A stretch of 64,000 bases of DNA from Capsulimonadales bacterium. Its GTDB lineage: Bacteria; Armatimonadota; Armatimonadia; Armatimonadales; Armatimonadaceae. This document shows positions 1 to 10,126 of this stretch, one piece after another (within the stretch, counting starts at the first letter, position 1; the number at the start of each line of letters is the position of its first letter). Where the stretch lies: positions 109,214 through 173,213 of the forward strand of contig JANRLW010000064.1 in NCBI GenBank assembly GCA_033762295.1, given 5' to 3'. Both the position numbers and the translations under genes were made by a program. The notes under the pieces are model-generated. The model saw only the letters and a program-made list of their open reading frames with translations, searched no databases and was not told the DNA's origin.

Positions 1-43
1 TCTTCGGGCACGCGATCCGCGTCCCCTCCGGAGCCGAACCGGT

Positions 44-652
44 ATGAGCGATACCGAGCCTCGCCGGGTCTACCACGGACAGGACTTTCTCGGTTTCCTG
101 GAAGCCCCCGGGCCGGACGCTTCCGGTTTTCTGCGTATCCGCACGGAAAAGGGCGATTTCCTGCGCGTTCCCGCCTCTCTGTTGAAAACGAGCGCCGATG
201 GCCGGGTGCAATCGCCGATGTCGCTGCGCGAGCTGGAAATGGTGTACCGAACGGACGGTGCCGAAGTCGGGCAGGGAATCACGGTTCCCGTTGTCGCCGA
301 GCAGGTACGGGTCGAAAAACGGACGGTCGAAACCGGAGTGATTCGCGTTCGGAAAACGATTCGGGAGGAGGTGGAGACGGTCGACGAACCCCTCCTGCAG
401 GAACGGGTTTCGGTGGAACGTATACCCGTCGACCGAATCTGGGAAGGTCCGTTGCCGGAACCGCGCCAGGAAGGGGATACCCTGATCATTCCCGTCCTCG
501 AGGAGGTTCTGGTCGTTCGCAAGGAACTCCGCCTGAAAGAGGAGATCCGGATTCGCCGTGAGCAGGAGGCGGTAAGCCGGCCGCAGCAGGTGGTTTTAAA
601 ACAGGAGAACGTGACGATTGAGCGTTCCTGGAACGCTTCGGAGGGATCGTAG
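44..652 (+). CDS. YsnF/AvaK (DUF2382) domain protein
   Basis: C-terminal VPVVAEQVRVEKRTVETGVIRVRK...IPVLEEVLVVRKELRLKEEIRI pattern typical of DUF2382. Confidence 0.85.
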   Translation: MSDTEPRRVYHGQDFLGFLEAPGPDASGFLRIRTEKGDFLRVPASLLKTSADGRVQSPMSLRELEMVYRTDGAEVGQGITVPVVAEQVRVEKRTVETGVIRVRKTIREEVETVDEPLLQERVSVERIPVDRIWEGPLPEPRQEGDTLIIPVLEEVLVVRKELRLKEEIRIRREQEAVSRPQQVVLKQENVTIERSWNASEGS

Positions 653-696
653 GTTTGCCTGCGATCCCGGAACTCTCATCCGGAAGGAGAAAAACA

Positions 697-1746
697 TTGA
701 AGACAGTTATCGGAGCCTTTGACGATGCCAATCAGGCGGAACGCGCCGGGCAGGAACTGGTCGCGGCAGGAGTACGTCGGGACGACATCAGCATCGTCGC
801 CAATAACGAGGGGGGCCGGTATGCTCCCGTCAACGAACGAACTTCGGGGACGACCGATCGTGACTCCATGGGCGAGGACGTCGGTCATGGCGCCGGAGTC
901 GGCGCCGGCTGGGGCGCGGGGGTCGGTTTCCTGGTCGGCCTGACGGGATTGGCGATTCCCGGTCTGGGGTGGATCGCCGGCGCGGGCTGGCTGATGGGAA
1001 CCGTTCTCGGAGCGGCGACCGGTGCGGTCGTCGGTGGTCTGGTCGGCGCATTGACCCATGTCGGCGTGCCCGAATCGGACGCCAATACGTATAACGAAGC
1101 GGTGCGTCGGGGCAGCACGCTGGTCGCGGTTCGCGCGGCCGACGAGGAGGCTCACCGTATCGCCCGCATTCTGGACGACAACGGCGCGATCGATATCGAC
1201 GAACGCGCGGCGCGTTTCCGAACCGAGGGCTGGATGCCCGGGTCCGCGACCGGTATCGCGCCCGCCGGGATGGGCGGAACCGCCGCACCGCTCAGCACCT
1301 CCGCCGAGTTCGCCGACACCCACACGACGGAACGCACGACCGACCGCACGAACGACCGGTCGGGCGATATGGTGCTTCCGGTTACCGAGGAGCAGGTCGC
1401 GGTCGGCAAACGCGCGGTGGAACGGGGTGGAGTTCGCGTCTACACTCACGTAACCGAACGACCGGTGCAGGAACAGGTGACGCTGCGCGAGGAGCATGTC
1501 ACCGTCGAACGCCGGCCGGTCGATCGCACGGTCGATCCGAACACCCTGCGGCCCCTCCAGGAAGGCGTCGTGGAAATCCGCGAGACCGCCGAGGTACCGG
1601 TCGTTTCCAAGGAAGCCCGTGTCGTCGAGGAGGTCGTTGTCGGCAAGACGGCGACTCAGCACACGGAAACCGTCCAGGAAACGGCGCGCCGCACCGACGT
1701 CGAGGTCGAGGAGATTACCGACCGAAATCGGCCGGCCCGTCCGTAG
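697..1746 (+). CDS. General stress protein (Gly-zipper membrane segment) fused to YsnF/AvaK (DUF2382) domain
   Basis: TTG start at 697 after AGGAG (685-689); KTVIGAFDD...GLAIPGLG...GALTHVGVPE N-domain; LPVTEEQVAVGKRAVERGGVRV C-domain. Confidence 0.85.
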   Translation: MKTVIGAFDDANQAERAGQELVAAGVRRDDISIVANNEGGRYAPVNERTSGTTDRDSMGEDVGHGAGVGAGWGAGVGFLVGLTGLAIPGLGWIAGAGWLMGTVLGAATGAVVGGLVGALTHVGVPESDANTYNEAVRRGSTLVAVRAADEEAHRIARILDDNGAIDIDERAARFRTEGWMPGSATGIAPAGMGGTAAPLSTSAEFADTHTTERTTDRTNDRSGDMVLPVTEEQVAVGKRAVERGGVRVYTHVTERPVQEQVTLREEHVTVERRPVDRTVDPNTLRPLQEGVVEIRETAEVPVVSKEARVVEEVVVGKTATQHTETVQETARRTDVEVEEITDRNRPARP

Positions 1747-1769
1747 TTTTTGCCTTCGAGTCGTCAGCC

Positions 1770-1807
1770 CCGTCCCTCTCCGGTTTTCGGAGGGGGACGG
1801 ACCTTTT
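1770..1807 (+). terminator. Probable intrinsic terminator
   Basis: 13-bp stem CCGTCCCTCTCCG/CGGAGGGGGACGG, then ACCTTTT, directly after the stop at 1746. Confidence 0.6.
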
Positions 1808-2030
1808 CCGAAGTCCCCGGCAGGCCAGGATTTACGCTTTTCCTTGACAGAGCAGACGAGCTTGTGGTAATAATCATACGAAGCGAGCATTCGTAAGGAA
1901 TGGGGATAGCGTTGGGCAGTGGCGTTATTCCGAGAGAGAAAGATTCAAGGAGACAATATCCAAAATAGTATTATGGAAAGCTGCCACAGATCAACTTTTT
2001 TCTCGTAGCCCTTACGAAGTAGGTAGCATA

Positions 2031-2447
2031 ATGTATCAAAATTTTGTCTGGCGGAATCTTCGGAAGCAGTGGAAGGCGTCCTTCAGCGCCCTGGAATCGG
2101 AGTTGTCGGAGTACGGACTGGAAGCGTACGACATGGACCGGGAGTTCCCGAAACGATTTCGGCTCTCCCCCCTGCTCGACGAACTGGCGGACGAGGAGGA
2201 ACTCTGCGGAGTGTATCCGTTCGCCTCACAAAATTATTTGCGTTTCAGTTTCACCCCCGAGGGGATGCACCCCGGAAAAATGAGCCACACGTGGGTGGAA
2301 GCCGATAACGACGGGAATTTTCATGTCTATCAGTATCGCCGGACGACGGACCGGACGGTCGACCTGATACCGGTTGTGGAAGGGGACGCTCCGCACGTGG
2401 CCGAAACCGTGGTCCGATTGTTGCGCGAGGAGCAGCGGGAGCGTTAG
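2031..2447 (+). CDS. Hypothetical protein, DUF6193-like
   Basis: 138-aa ORF; L..VYPFASQNYLRFS and C-terminal GDA..VAETVVRLL resemble DUF6193 proteins (from memory). Confidence 0.6.
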   Translation: MYQNFVWRNLRKQWKASFSALESELSEYGLEAYDMDREFPKRFRLSPLLDELADEEELCGVYPFASQNYLRFSFTPEGMHPGKMSHTWVEADNDGNFHVYQYRRTTDRTVDLIPVVEGDAPHVAETVVRLLREEQRER

Positions 2448-2526
2448 GCCGCAAAGGCATCGGAAGAGGGGCGGGACCGTCCGTAGTCGGACGATTTCCC
2501 CCTCCGCCTTGCCATCCCCGTGACAT

Positions 2527-2554
2527 GGGCGACCACGGGCGACCGTGGTCGCCC
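2527..2554. repeat. REP-like palindrome
   Basis: GGGCGACCACGG-GCGA-CCGTGGTCGCCC, perfect 12-bp inverted repeat in intergenic DNA. Confidence 0.6.
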
Positions 2555-2676
2555 GTCGATGTCGCGCCGCCATTGCCCGTATCACCGGTTTTCCCTCGCT
2601 TTTCCTTCTCTTCCTTCCTCAATTAACGGAACTTCCCGGACCGTTTCGGTATTCTTAACTCGGGAAACGAGAGAAA

Positions 2677-3516
2677 ATGGCGAGGATCTATTTGCGGCGA
2701 CGGGTGACGTTCGCCGCCGGACATGCCTACTGGCTGCCGAACAAAACCGAGGCGGAGAACCGGGCGTTGTTCGGTCGGTGGGCCGGTCGCTACGGACACG
2801 GGCACAATTATGCGGTGGAAGTGACGGTCGTCGGGACGGTCGACGAGCGCACCGGCATGGTCGTGAATATCACCGATGTCGACCGCGTCCTGAAACAGCA
2901 GGTGACCGGGCCTCTCGCCGACCGTCACCTCACCTATGAAGTGCCGCATTTCGCCGATACGCCGCCGACACTCGAAAACATCGCGCGGTATGTGTCCGAA
3001 CGTTTCACCACCCAATTTCAGGACGAACGCGCTCGCCTGGCGCGGGTCGTTGTCGAGGAGTCGCCAACGTTATGGGCGACTCTCGATCAGGAGAAACATC
3101 TGGAGATGATTGCCCTTACCCGCGCCTTCGATTTCGCCGCCGCCCATCGCCTGCACGCGCCGGCTCTCTCGGAGGAAGAGAATGTCCGCGTTTTCGGCAA
3201 ATGTAACAATCCGCGCGGACACGGACATAACTACGGGGTCGAGGTGACCGTGCTCGGTACTCCGGACCCGGTCACCGGGATGATCGTCGATCTCGCGGCA
3301 CTGGACGAAACCCTGGAGCGCGAGGTGATGCAGCGGTTCGATCACAAGCATTTGAACGACGATACGCCGGATTTCGCCACGGTCAACCCGACCTCCGAAA
3401 ACCTGACGATCGCCATCTGGAAGCATCTGGAGGGAAGGATTCCCGCGCCCGCCCGCCTCTACCGGGTCGTCGTGCGCGAGACGGAACGCAATTTTTTCGA
3501 GTACTACGGGGAGTAG
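2677..3516 (+). CDS. queD: 6-carboxytetrahydropterin / 6-pyruvoyltetrahydropterin synthase with two tandem T-fold domains
   Basis: Two repeats of FAA(G/A)H...GHGHNY.VEVTV.G.....TGM...D..HL...PT.EN; second has KCNNPRGHGHNY. Confidence 0.85.
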   Translation: MARIYLRRRVTFAAGHAYWLPNKTEAENRALFGRWAGRYGHGHNYAVEVTVVGTVDERTGMVVNITDVDRVLKQQVTGPLADRHLTYEVPHFADTPPTLENIARYVSERFTTQFQDERARLARVVVEESPTLWATLDQEKHLEMIALTRAFDFAAAHRLHAPALSEEENVRVFGKCNNPRGHGHNYGVEVTVLGTPDPVTGMIVDLAALDETLEREVMQRFDHKHLNDDTPDFATVNPTSENLTIAIWKHLEGRIPAPARLYRVVVRETERNFFEYYGE

Positions 3517-3524
3517 ATCGAGCC

Positions 3525-3730
3525 TATAATGGAGTTGGCGCCGGTGCGCTCCGTGCCGACGGAGAGGCCCACACTTCTGACGACGGACGGAGAGCGCACG
3601 GGTCCGGTATCGGATCATCCGGGTCAGCTAAGCAGGGAAACGGCGTCCTGCCTACGGTTATCGTCCCAACCGCCTGACCGGGAGCGGCCAGCGCAGAGGA
3701 ACTGCCTGCCGCTGAAAGAGGAAAAAACGA
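3525..3730 (+). ncRNA. Candidate structured leader RNA upstream of folE2 (class not recognised)
   Basis: TATAAT at 3525-3530, then several stems including a three-way junction at 3618-3683. Confidence 0.4.
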
Positions 3731-3734
3731 GCAT

Positions 3735-4733
3735 ATGGTCGCGACAAAGAAGAAAATGTACCTCCACCGGACGGCGGATGCCTCCGGTGTACCGACGGCG
3801 GAAGCCTTTTCCCTGAAGCGGGAATACGATGCGGATTTCAAACCGGACCTCCTTTATAAGGAGAGCCTGCCGGACATGCAGGAGTCGGTCAAGGCGATCG
3901 AGGGAGCCAACGTGCCGATTCAGCAGGTCGGCGTCTCCAACTTCCGTCTGCCGTTGAAGTTCGCCGCGGAAGACGGGGAACCCATGACCCTGGAGGCCAG
4001 TGTCACCGGCACCGTCTCGCTGGAGGCCGATCAGAAGGGCATCAATATGTCCCGGATCGTCCGCTCCTTTTACGAGTTCAAGGACGAGATTTTTACGCTC
4101 GACACCCTGACGCGCATCCTGACCGCCTACCGGGAGCAGGTAACGGGGTTCAACGCCCGGGTGCGGGTGGCCTTTTCCTACCCGATGTTGCAGGAGAGCC
4201 TGCGCAGCGGGCTGGCCGGGTACCAGTTCTATCAGGTCGTCTTCGATGCGGCGATTGATCGCTACGGTCGTCCGCGGCGTTTTGTCGAGTTTGATTTCGT
4301 CTACTCATCGGCCTGTCCCTGCTCGGCGGAACTGGCCGAGCATGCGCGGGACATCCGCAATGTCTACGCGATTCCGCATTCGCAGCGCAGCCGCGCACGA
4401 ATCAAGGTCGAGGTCGCGGAAGGGCGAACGCTGACCGTGGAGGATCTACAACGGCACTGCAGCAACGCCCTGAAGACCGAAACGCAGGTCATGGTCAAGC
4501 GCGAAGACGAGCAGGCGTTCGCCGAAATGAACGGCGCGTATATCAAGTTCGTCGAGGATGCCGCCCGACTGGTCTTCGAACAACTGAATGCCGATCCGCG
4601 TATCCGCGATTTTGAGGTCGCCTGCGCCCACCTGGAATCGTTGCACTCGCACGACGCCGTTTCGGTGATCTGCAAAGGGGTCCCCGGCGGATTCGTCGCC
4701 GATTTCATGGACTTCCGAAGCCTCGTCTGTTAG
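3735..4733 (+). CDS. folE2: GTP cyclohydrolase I type B (FolE2)
   Basis: LPDMQ...[45 protein letters not shown] motifs. Confidence 0.93.
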   Translation: MVATKKKMYLHRTADASGVPTAEAFSLKREYDADFKPDLLYKESLPDMQESVKAIEGANVPIQQVGVSNFRLPLKFAAEDGEPMTLEASVTGTVSLEADQKGINMSRIVRSFYEFKDEIFTLDTLTRILTAYREQVTGFNARVRVAFSYPMLQESLRSGLAGYQFYQVVFDAAIDRYGRPRRFVEFDFVYSSACPCSAELAEHARDIRNVYAIPHSQRSRARIKVEVAEGRTLTVEDLQRHCSNALKTETQVMVKREDEQAFAEMNGAYIKFVEDAARLVFEQLNADPRIRDFEVACAHLESLHSHDAVSVICKGVPGGFVADFMDFRSLVC

Positions 4734-4895
4734 GCCAAAACATCAGGTCAAAACGGCTCGTCAGGCCAGGTACCGCCCCGGAAATTCCGCTTTCCGGGGC
4801 GGTTTTCGTTCGGAACGGTTCCGAAAAGGGGCCGATTGGAGTAAGATACGACCATACCTCACCCGGAGTAATGAAAGTCGAGTATCCGAACGGAG

Positions 4896-7691
4896 ATGGC
4901 TTTGAAAATCGATCGCAAGGCCGCGCTTACGCTGGCCGCCTGTCTGGTTCTCGCCCCCGCGACCCTCGCCGAGAACGCCGAAACCCCTGTTACCCTGTCC
5001 GTGCCCGTCGATGAGTTTCGCCTGCCTAACGGACTGCGCGTGATTCTGCATGAGGATCGTAGCACCCCGATCGTCGCCGTGAATATCTGGTACCACGTCG
5101 GCTCCAAAAACGAAGTCGTCGGACGGACCGGGTTCGCGCACCTGTTCGAGCACATGATGTTCCAGGGATCGAAAAACTACGACGCCGACTACTTTACGCC
5201 GCTGCAGGAGGCCGGGGCGACCATCAACGGTTCCACCAACGCCGACCGAACCAACTACTACGAGGTCGTTCCGTCCAACTTTCTGGAACTCGCCCTCTTT
5301 ATGGAGGCCGATCGGATGGGCGGTCTTCTCGAAGCGATGACCCTGCCGAAGCTGAACAATCAGCGCGATGTCGTGAAGAACGAACGGCGGCAGAACTATG
5401 ACAACCGGCCGTACGGAACCTCGTTTGAGAGGATGTCAGCGCTTCTGTACCCGGAGAACCACCCGTACCGCTGGCCCACGATCGGCTCTCTGGAGGATCT
5501 CACCGCCGCGTCCGAGGAGGACGTCAAGGCGTTCTTCCGACAATACTACGTCCCTGACAACGCCGTACTGACGATTGCCGGAGACTTCAAAAAGGACGAC
5601 GCCCGTCGCTGGGTGGAAAAGTATTTCGGCCCGATTCCGCGCGGCGTTCAGCCCATCGTCCGCCCGGACCCGCCAGCGCCGAAACTCGATCAGGAGGTAC
5701 GGGTAAGCTACCGGGACAATGTCCGGCTGCCACGAATCTTCATGGCCTGGCATACGGTGGCCCAGTTCGCTCCGGACGATGCCGCCCTTGATATGCTGGC
5801 CACGGTGCTCTCGTCGGGGAGAGGGTCGCGTCTCCAGTCAAGCCTGATCTACGAAAAACAGATCGCGCAGGATGTCGGCGCGGGACAGCAAAGTCGGGAG
5901 ATTTCCGGAGTGTTTCAGGTCCAGGCGACCGCACGTCCCGGTCAGTCCATCGAGGCGATCGAAAAGGAGATTCTGGACCAGATCGAGCGGATCAAAAACG
6001 CGCCTCCGACCGCCGACGAGATGGAACGCGCCCTGACCCAGACGGAAGCCGGGTTCGTTTTCGGACTGCAAACCGTCCTGGGCAAGGCCAACCAGCTGAA
6101 CAGCTACGCGATATTCCGGGGTCGCCCCGACTTCTTCTCCGAAGACCTCGCACGGTATCGCCGGGTGACGGCGGCGGAGGTGCAGCGAGTCGCCCGCCAG
6201 TACCTGAATCAGAATCGGGTGGTCATGACCTACCTCCCGCAAACGGACGAAAAAGTCCGCTCCGTCACCGATGCGGCGGCCAACCAACCGACCTCCGTCG
6301 AATCGGAACGCGGACGCCCGGCGGACGCCTCCCGCCTGCCGAAACCGGGACCGAATCCGAAACTCAACCTGCCCCGGATCGAGCGAAGCAAACTTCCCGG
6401 CGGTCTCGAGGTGCTGCTTGTCCGGCAGACCGAACTGCCGGTCGTCTCGATGAATCTGGTGCTGAAGACCGGAGGGACGGCTGACCCGACCGGTCGGGCC
6501 GGACTCGCGCTACTGACCGCCGACCTGCTGACGGCCGGTACGGAGAAACGCTCGGCGCTGGAGATCTCCAATCAGTTGCAGGCGATCGGGGCGGGGCTGA
6601 ACGTCGGGGCGAACTGGGACTCGTCCTCGGCTTCTCTGACAACCCTTACCAAAAACCTGGATACCGCGCTCGATATCTTCTCCGATGTCGTGGTCCGTCC
6701 GGTCTTTCCCGAAATCGAACTGGAAACGCGCCGCCGTCGCCTGCTGGGGGCGATCCTGCAACGACGCGATAACGCCGATGCCATCGCGTCCATCGCCTAT
6801 GACTCGGTGCTATACGGCGAAAAACACCCCTACGGACAGGTCCTGTCCGGCGATGAAGCCTCGATCAAAGCGATCAACCGGGCCGATACGGAGACGTTCT
6901 ACCGGACTTACTACCGGCCCAATAACGCCGTCCTGATCGTCGTAGGAGACGTCACCATGAAAGAGATTGCCCCGAAACTGGGACGCGCCTTCGCTGACTG
7001 GAAAGCGGCGGACGTGCCCCGGACGGCGGTTCCCGCCACCTCGCCTCGCGACCGGGCGGTTCTCTATCTGGTGGACAAGCCCGGCGCGGCACAGAGCGTG
7101 ATCCGGATCGGACAGGTGGGGGTCGCCAGGGATACCCCGGACTACTTCCCGCTGGTGGTGATGAACGCCATTCTCGGAGGGCAGTTCTCTTCGCGGGTCA
7201 ATATGAACCTCCGGGAGAACAAGGGGTATACGTACGGAGCCAGAACCGGCTGGGAGTTCCGACGGGGCGCAGGACCGTTCACGGCCAGCGCGGGAGTCCA
7301 GACCGCCGTCACGAAAGAGTCCGTCGTCGAGTTCCTGAAGGAGCTGCGCGGCATTCGCGGCGACATCGCCGTGACCGCTCCGGAACTCGAATACAACAAG
7401 CAGAGCCTGATCCGCCGCTTTCCGTCGAACTTCGAGACGGTCGGGCAGGTCTCCGGACAGCTTGCCAACCTGGTGATCTACAATCTGCCGGACACCTATT
7501 TCAACGACTACATCGCTCGAATCAACGCCGTCACGTTGCAGGATATCGAAAGGGTGGCGAACCGTTACCTCGATCCGTCGACAATGGCGATCCTGGTCGT
7601 GGGCGACCGCACGGTCATCGAACCGAAGTTGAAGGAGATTTCCGGCCTCGATATCCGTTATCTGGATACCGAGGGCAAACCGATCCGATGA
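4896..7691 (+). CDS. Secreted M16 family zinc metallopeptidase (pitrilysin-like)
   Basis: Signal peptide; inverted Zn motif HLFEH in GFAHLFEHMMFQGS; second half with LRENKGYTYG. Confidence 0.93.
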   Translation: MALKIDRKAALTLAACLVLAPATLAENAETPVTLSVPVDEFRLPNGLRVILHEDRSTPIVAVNIWYHVGSKNEVVGRTGFAHLFEHMMFQGSKNYDADYFTPLQEAGATINGSTNADRTNYYEVVPSNFLELALFMEADRMGGLLEAMTLPKLNNQRDVVKNERRQNYDNRPYGTSFERMSALLYPENHPYRWPTIGSLEDLTAASEEDVKAFFRQYYVPDNAVLTIAGDFKKDDARRWVEKYFGPIPRGVQPIVRPDPPAPKLDQEVRVSYRDNVRLPRIFMAWHTVAQFAPDDAALDMLATVLSSGRGSRLQSSLIYEKQIAQDVGAGQQSREISGVFQVQATARPGQSIEAIEKEILDQIERIKNAPPTADEMERALTQTEAGFVFGLQTVLGKANQLNSYAIFRGRPDFFSEDLARYRRVTAAEVQRVARQYLNQNRVVMTYLPQTDEKVRSVTDAAANQPTSVESERGRPADASRLPKPGPNPKLNLPRIERSKLPGGLEVLLVRQTELPVVSMNLVLKTGGTADPTGRAGLALLTADLLTAGTEKRSALEISNQLQAIGAGLNVGANWDSSSASLTTLTKNLDTALDIFSDVVVRPVFPEIELETRRRRLLGAILQRRDNADAIASIAYDSVLYGEKHPYGQVLSGDEASIKAINRADTETFYRTYYRPNNAVLIVVGDVTMKEIAPKLGRAFADWKAADVPRTAVPATSPRDRAVLYLVDKPGAAQSVIRIGQVGVARDTPDYFPLVVMNAILGGQFSSRVNMNLRENKGYTYGARTGWEFRRGAGPFTASAGVQTAVTKESVVEFLKELRGIRGDIAVTAPELEYNKQSLIRRFPSNFETVGQVSGQLANLVIYNLPDTYFNDYIARINAVTLQDIERVANRYLDPSTMAILVVGDRTVIEPKLKEISGLDIRYLDTEGKPIR

Positions 7692-7716
7692 ACGGGGGGC
7701 GGCCCTTACGGCCGCC

Positions 7717-10068
7717 TCAGAGCAGGTCCCCGCTGATTTCGGCGATCCGGTCGTCCTCGATCCGATACCAGAGGACCCGCCCGATCCGGTCGTCCTCGAC
7801 GAAAACGTCGATCTTCCGGTCTCGCGGGTCCCGGTTGGCGGAGATGCAACCCGTCGTGTCGAGCCAGGTGGTCAGGTTGGCCCCGACCGCGCCCGGCTTG
7901 ACGGTCCCCAGCAACAGTCCGTCCGACGTATAATGGTAGATGATATCGGACGCGCCGCCTCCGATCAGTAGTCCGCCACCGGGCACGTATTCCAGTCCGA
8001 CGCTGACCTCCGGAAGACGCCGGATCCAGCGAAGGCGACCGGAGGCGTCGAAGCATGCCAGCGAAGTGGCTCCCATCCAGAACGGATTGTTTTTCGGAGG
8101 CGGCCAGCGACGGTTGGGACCGATCACATAGAACAGACCGTTCTCACCGACCGCGACCGAGATCGGATTGATCCGGGCGGGCGGCCCCTCCAGCGAGGCG
8201 GACCCGGTGACATTTCGGACTTTGGCCCAATCGTAAACGGGATTCCCCCGTTCGTTGACTCCCTGACGCGGAAGATGCCAGATCGATCCGTGGAACGCAA
8301 ACCAGAAATCCCCCCGGCGATCGACATGCATCCCCGGTGTCGCGTATTCCGACCATTTTCTCGGCTCCGGCTGCTCCGACGGATAAATCCGGATTTCCGA
8401 CGGCTCCGGATTCCCATCCCCCTCGGTATCGTGCCATACCCATTTATCCGAGAGGCGTTTGGGATCGGTCTTGCCGTCGGGGCCGGGCGAACCGCCGCCG
8501 ACGAGCGCCGCCAGCATCAGGACGTTCCCCTGAACACGGTACACCTGAACGCCGTCCCCGGTGGGATGGAAAACAAAGTCCGCGCCGCTCAAACGAAGCA
8601 CCCGCAGGTTCCCGTGTGGGTGGGGATCGTGGTAGTCGGGCGGCGAGAACATGTTGCCCCGATAGGTCCATTCCCCTTTCTTTCGGTCACCGAGGGCGTA
8701 GCGATGGAAACCGAAGGAGTACAGCGTATCCGGGTCGTTTTCGCCATAGTTGGCTCCCGACATGGTTTCTCCACCGAAACGCTCCCAGAGAACGCGGCCG
8801 TTCGGCTTGAAGCGGGCGATTCGCGCGCCGACGGGCTTCTCCGTCTGGATCGTCACGAAACTGCCGTCCGCATCCACCGCGACGCCGCGAAGGAAGAAAT
8901 ACCGATCCGGCGCGACATCACCGGGAACCGCCTTTCGCCCGTAGGTCCGAAGCGCGGTCTTGCCATCGGGGGAGAAGACGCGGACCTGGCCCTTCTCGCT
9001 ATCGGCGATAAACAGCTTGCCGTTTCGGGCGATTGAGATCGACTCGATCATGCCGATATCGCTCCGAACCGTTCGCACGGTCGGGTTCTCGGCGAGCGGG
9101 TTTTCGATCCGTCCCAGTTTATGCAGATCGTAACCGACCCAGAGCGATCCGTCCTTTGCCGGGGCGAACGTTTTCGGGTAAGGCAAAGGAAACCATCCCT
9201 TCGCCGCGCCGGTTTCGCGATCGAAGCGATAGACCCGATCGTTCAGGGCATCGCCGACGAGCAGGAGGTCACCCACCGTCGCTATGGCATGCAGAGGCTG
9301 CATTCGGAGGCCACGGGGGCGTCCGCTCACCTGTTCCGAAACCTGGCGACTCGGCCACTCCATGAACGCAAGGTGGCCGTTGACGGCGTTCGGCGCGGTA
9401 AAGGGGGCCGGTTTGCCGTCCGAAAGACGGAACCGGCGAACGTATTGCCGTTCTTTCGAGCGTTCGTTGGACCAGGAAGTGGTTCCGAAGTACAGGTAGC
9501 GGTCGTCGGAAGCCACCGCGTAGGCATGCCCGTTGGGATTGCCGTTCCGGATCGCGAAACGACCGTCGAATACCGAATTGCCCTTCCGGTCCCACTTTTT
9601 GAAATCGGCTCCGGCCTCATCCCAGGCGTTGGCGGTAAAGGCATTGCCATCGCGGTCCATCGTCAGACCGCCCATGAATGCGGGCGTGTGTCCGTCGATA
9701 TCCGGCGCGTCGCCGAGGTTGCCGATGGCGGCGACATGTTCATAGGAACCGGGATTCCGGACGATCTTGAAACGGTACGGGCCGCTCGGAGCCGCCTCCC
9801 CCACCTCATTGAGACCGTCCCAGGTTTCCGTATGTTTGCCCGCCGTCTGCGAGCGCAACGACCAGAGGACGCGAACCAATCGCCCCTCCCGATCGAAAAT
9901 GCCCGCGCTCGTTCGGCCATCGTCCGGCAGCACATAGGAGAAGGTGCGGGGCGACGCGGCCGGTGGCGCCTCCGGCGGTTCGGCCCCGAGCGCACGAACG
10001 CCCGTCAGCAGGCAAACAGCGAGAACCAGGACCGGGAGCGAAACCGGAACGCCGGGGGAGTTATACAT
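7717..10068 (-). CDS. Secreted protein with FlgD-like Ig domain and NHL/beta-propeller repeats
   Basis: Signal peptide; SAGIFDREGRLVRVL...GKHTETWDGLNE.GE.APSGPY (FlgD Ig); FIADSEKGQVRVF and GVAVDADG NHL-like blades. Confidence 0.7.
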   Translation of the reverse strand: MYNSPGVPVSLPVLVLAVCLLTGVRALGAEPPEAPPAASPRTFSYVLPDDGRTSAGIFDREGRLVRVLWSLRSQTAGKHTETWDGLNEVGEAAPSGPYRFKIVRNPGSYEHVAAIGNLGDAPDIDGHTPAFMGGLTMDRDGNAFTANAWDEAGADFKKWDRKGNSVFDGRFAIRNGNPNGHAYAVASDDRYLYFGTTSWSNERSKERQYVRRFRLSDGKPAPFTAPNAVNGHLAFMEWPSRQVSEQVSGRPRGLRMQPLHAIATVGDLLLVGDALNDRVYRFDRETGAAKGWFPLPYPKTFAPAKDGSLWVGYDLHKLGRIENPLAENPTVRTVRSDIGMIESISIARNGKLFIADSEKGQVRVFSPDGKTALRTYGRKAVPGDVAPDRYFFLRGVAVDADGSFVTIQTEKPVGARIARFKPNGRVLWERFGGETMSGANYGENDPDTLYSFGFHRYALGDRKKGEWTYRGNMFSPPDYHDPHPHGNLRVLRLSGADFVFHPTGDGVQVYRVQGNVLMLAALVGGGSPGPDGKTDPKRLSDKWVWHDTEGDGNPEPSEIRIYPSEQPEPRKWSEYATPGMHVDRRGDFWFAFHGSIWHLPRQGVNERGNPVYDWAKVRNVTGSASLEGPPARINPISVAVGENGLFYVIGPNRRWPPPKNNPFWMGATSLACFDASGRLRWIRRLPEVSVGLEYVPGGGLLIGGGASDIIYHYTSDGLLLGTVKPGAVGANLTTWLDTTGCISANRDPRDRKIDVFVEDDRIGRVLWYRIEDDRIAEISGDLL

Positions 10069-10126
10069 GTGAATACCTCTGTCTTCCCTCTGCAATATGG
10101 GGAAACCCCGGCGTTCGAGTTCCGGT

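Noticed and set aside
3544..3640. Hammerhead (CTGACGA plus stem) or HDV-like ribozyme (7-bp P1, GG, stem, GCTAA)
   Set aside because: The hammerhead GAAA is replaced by GTAT; HDV P2 and the L3/P1.1 pairings cannot be formed.
2677..4733. queD plus folE2 as a 7-deazaguanine DNA modification (dpd) island
   Set aside because: No dpdA/tgt, queC or queE nearby; the context is ordinary pterin/folate metabolism.
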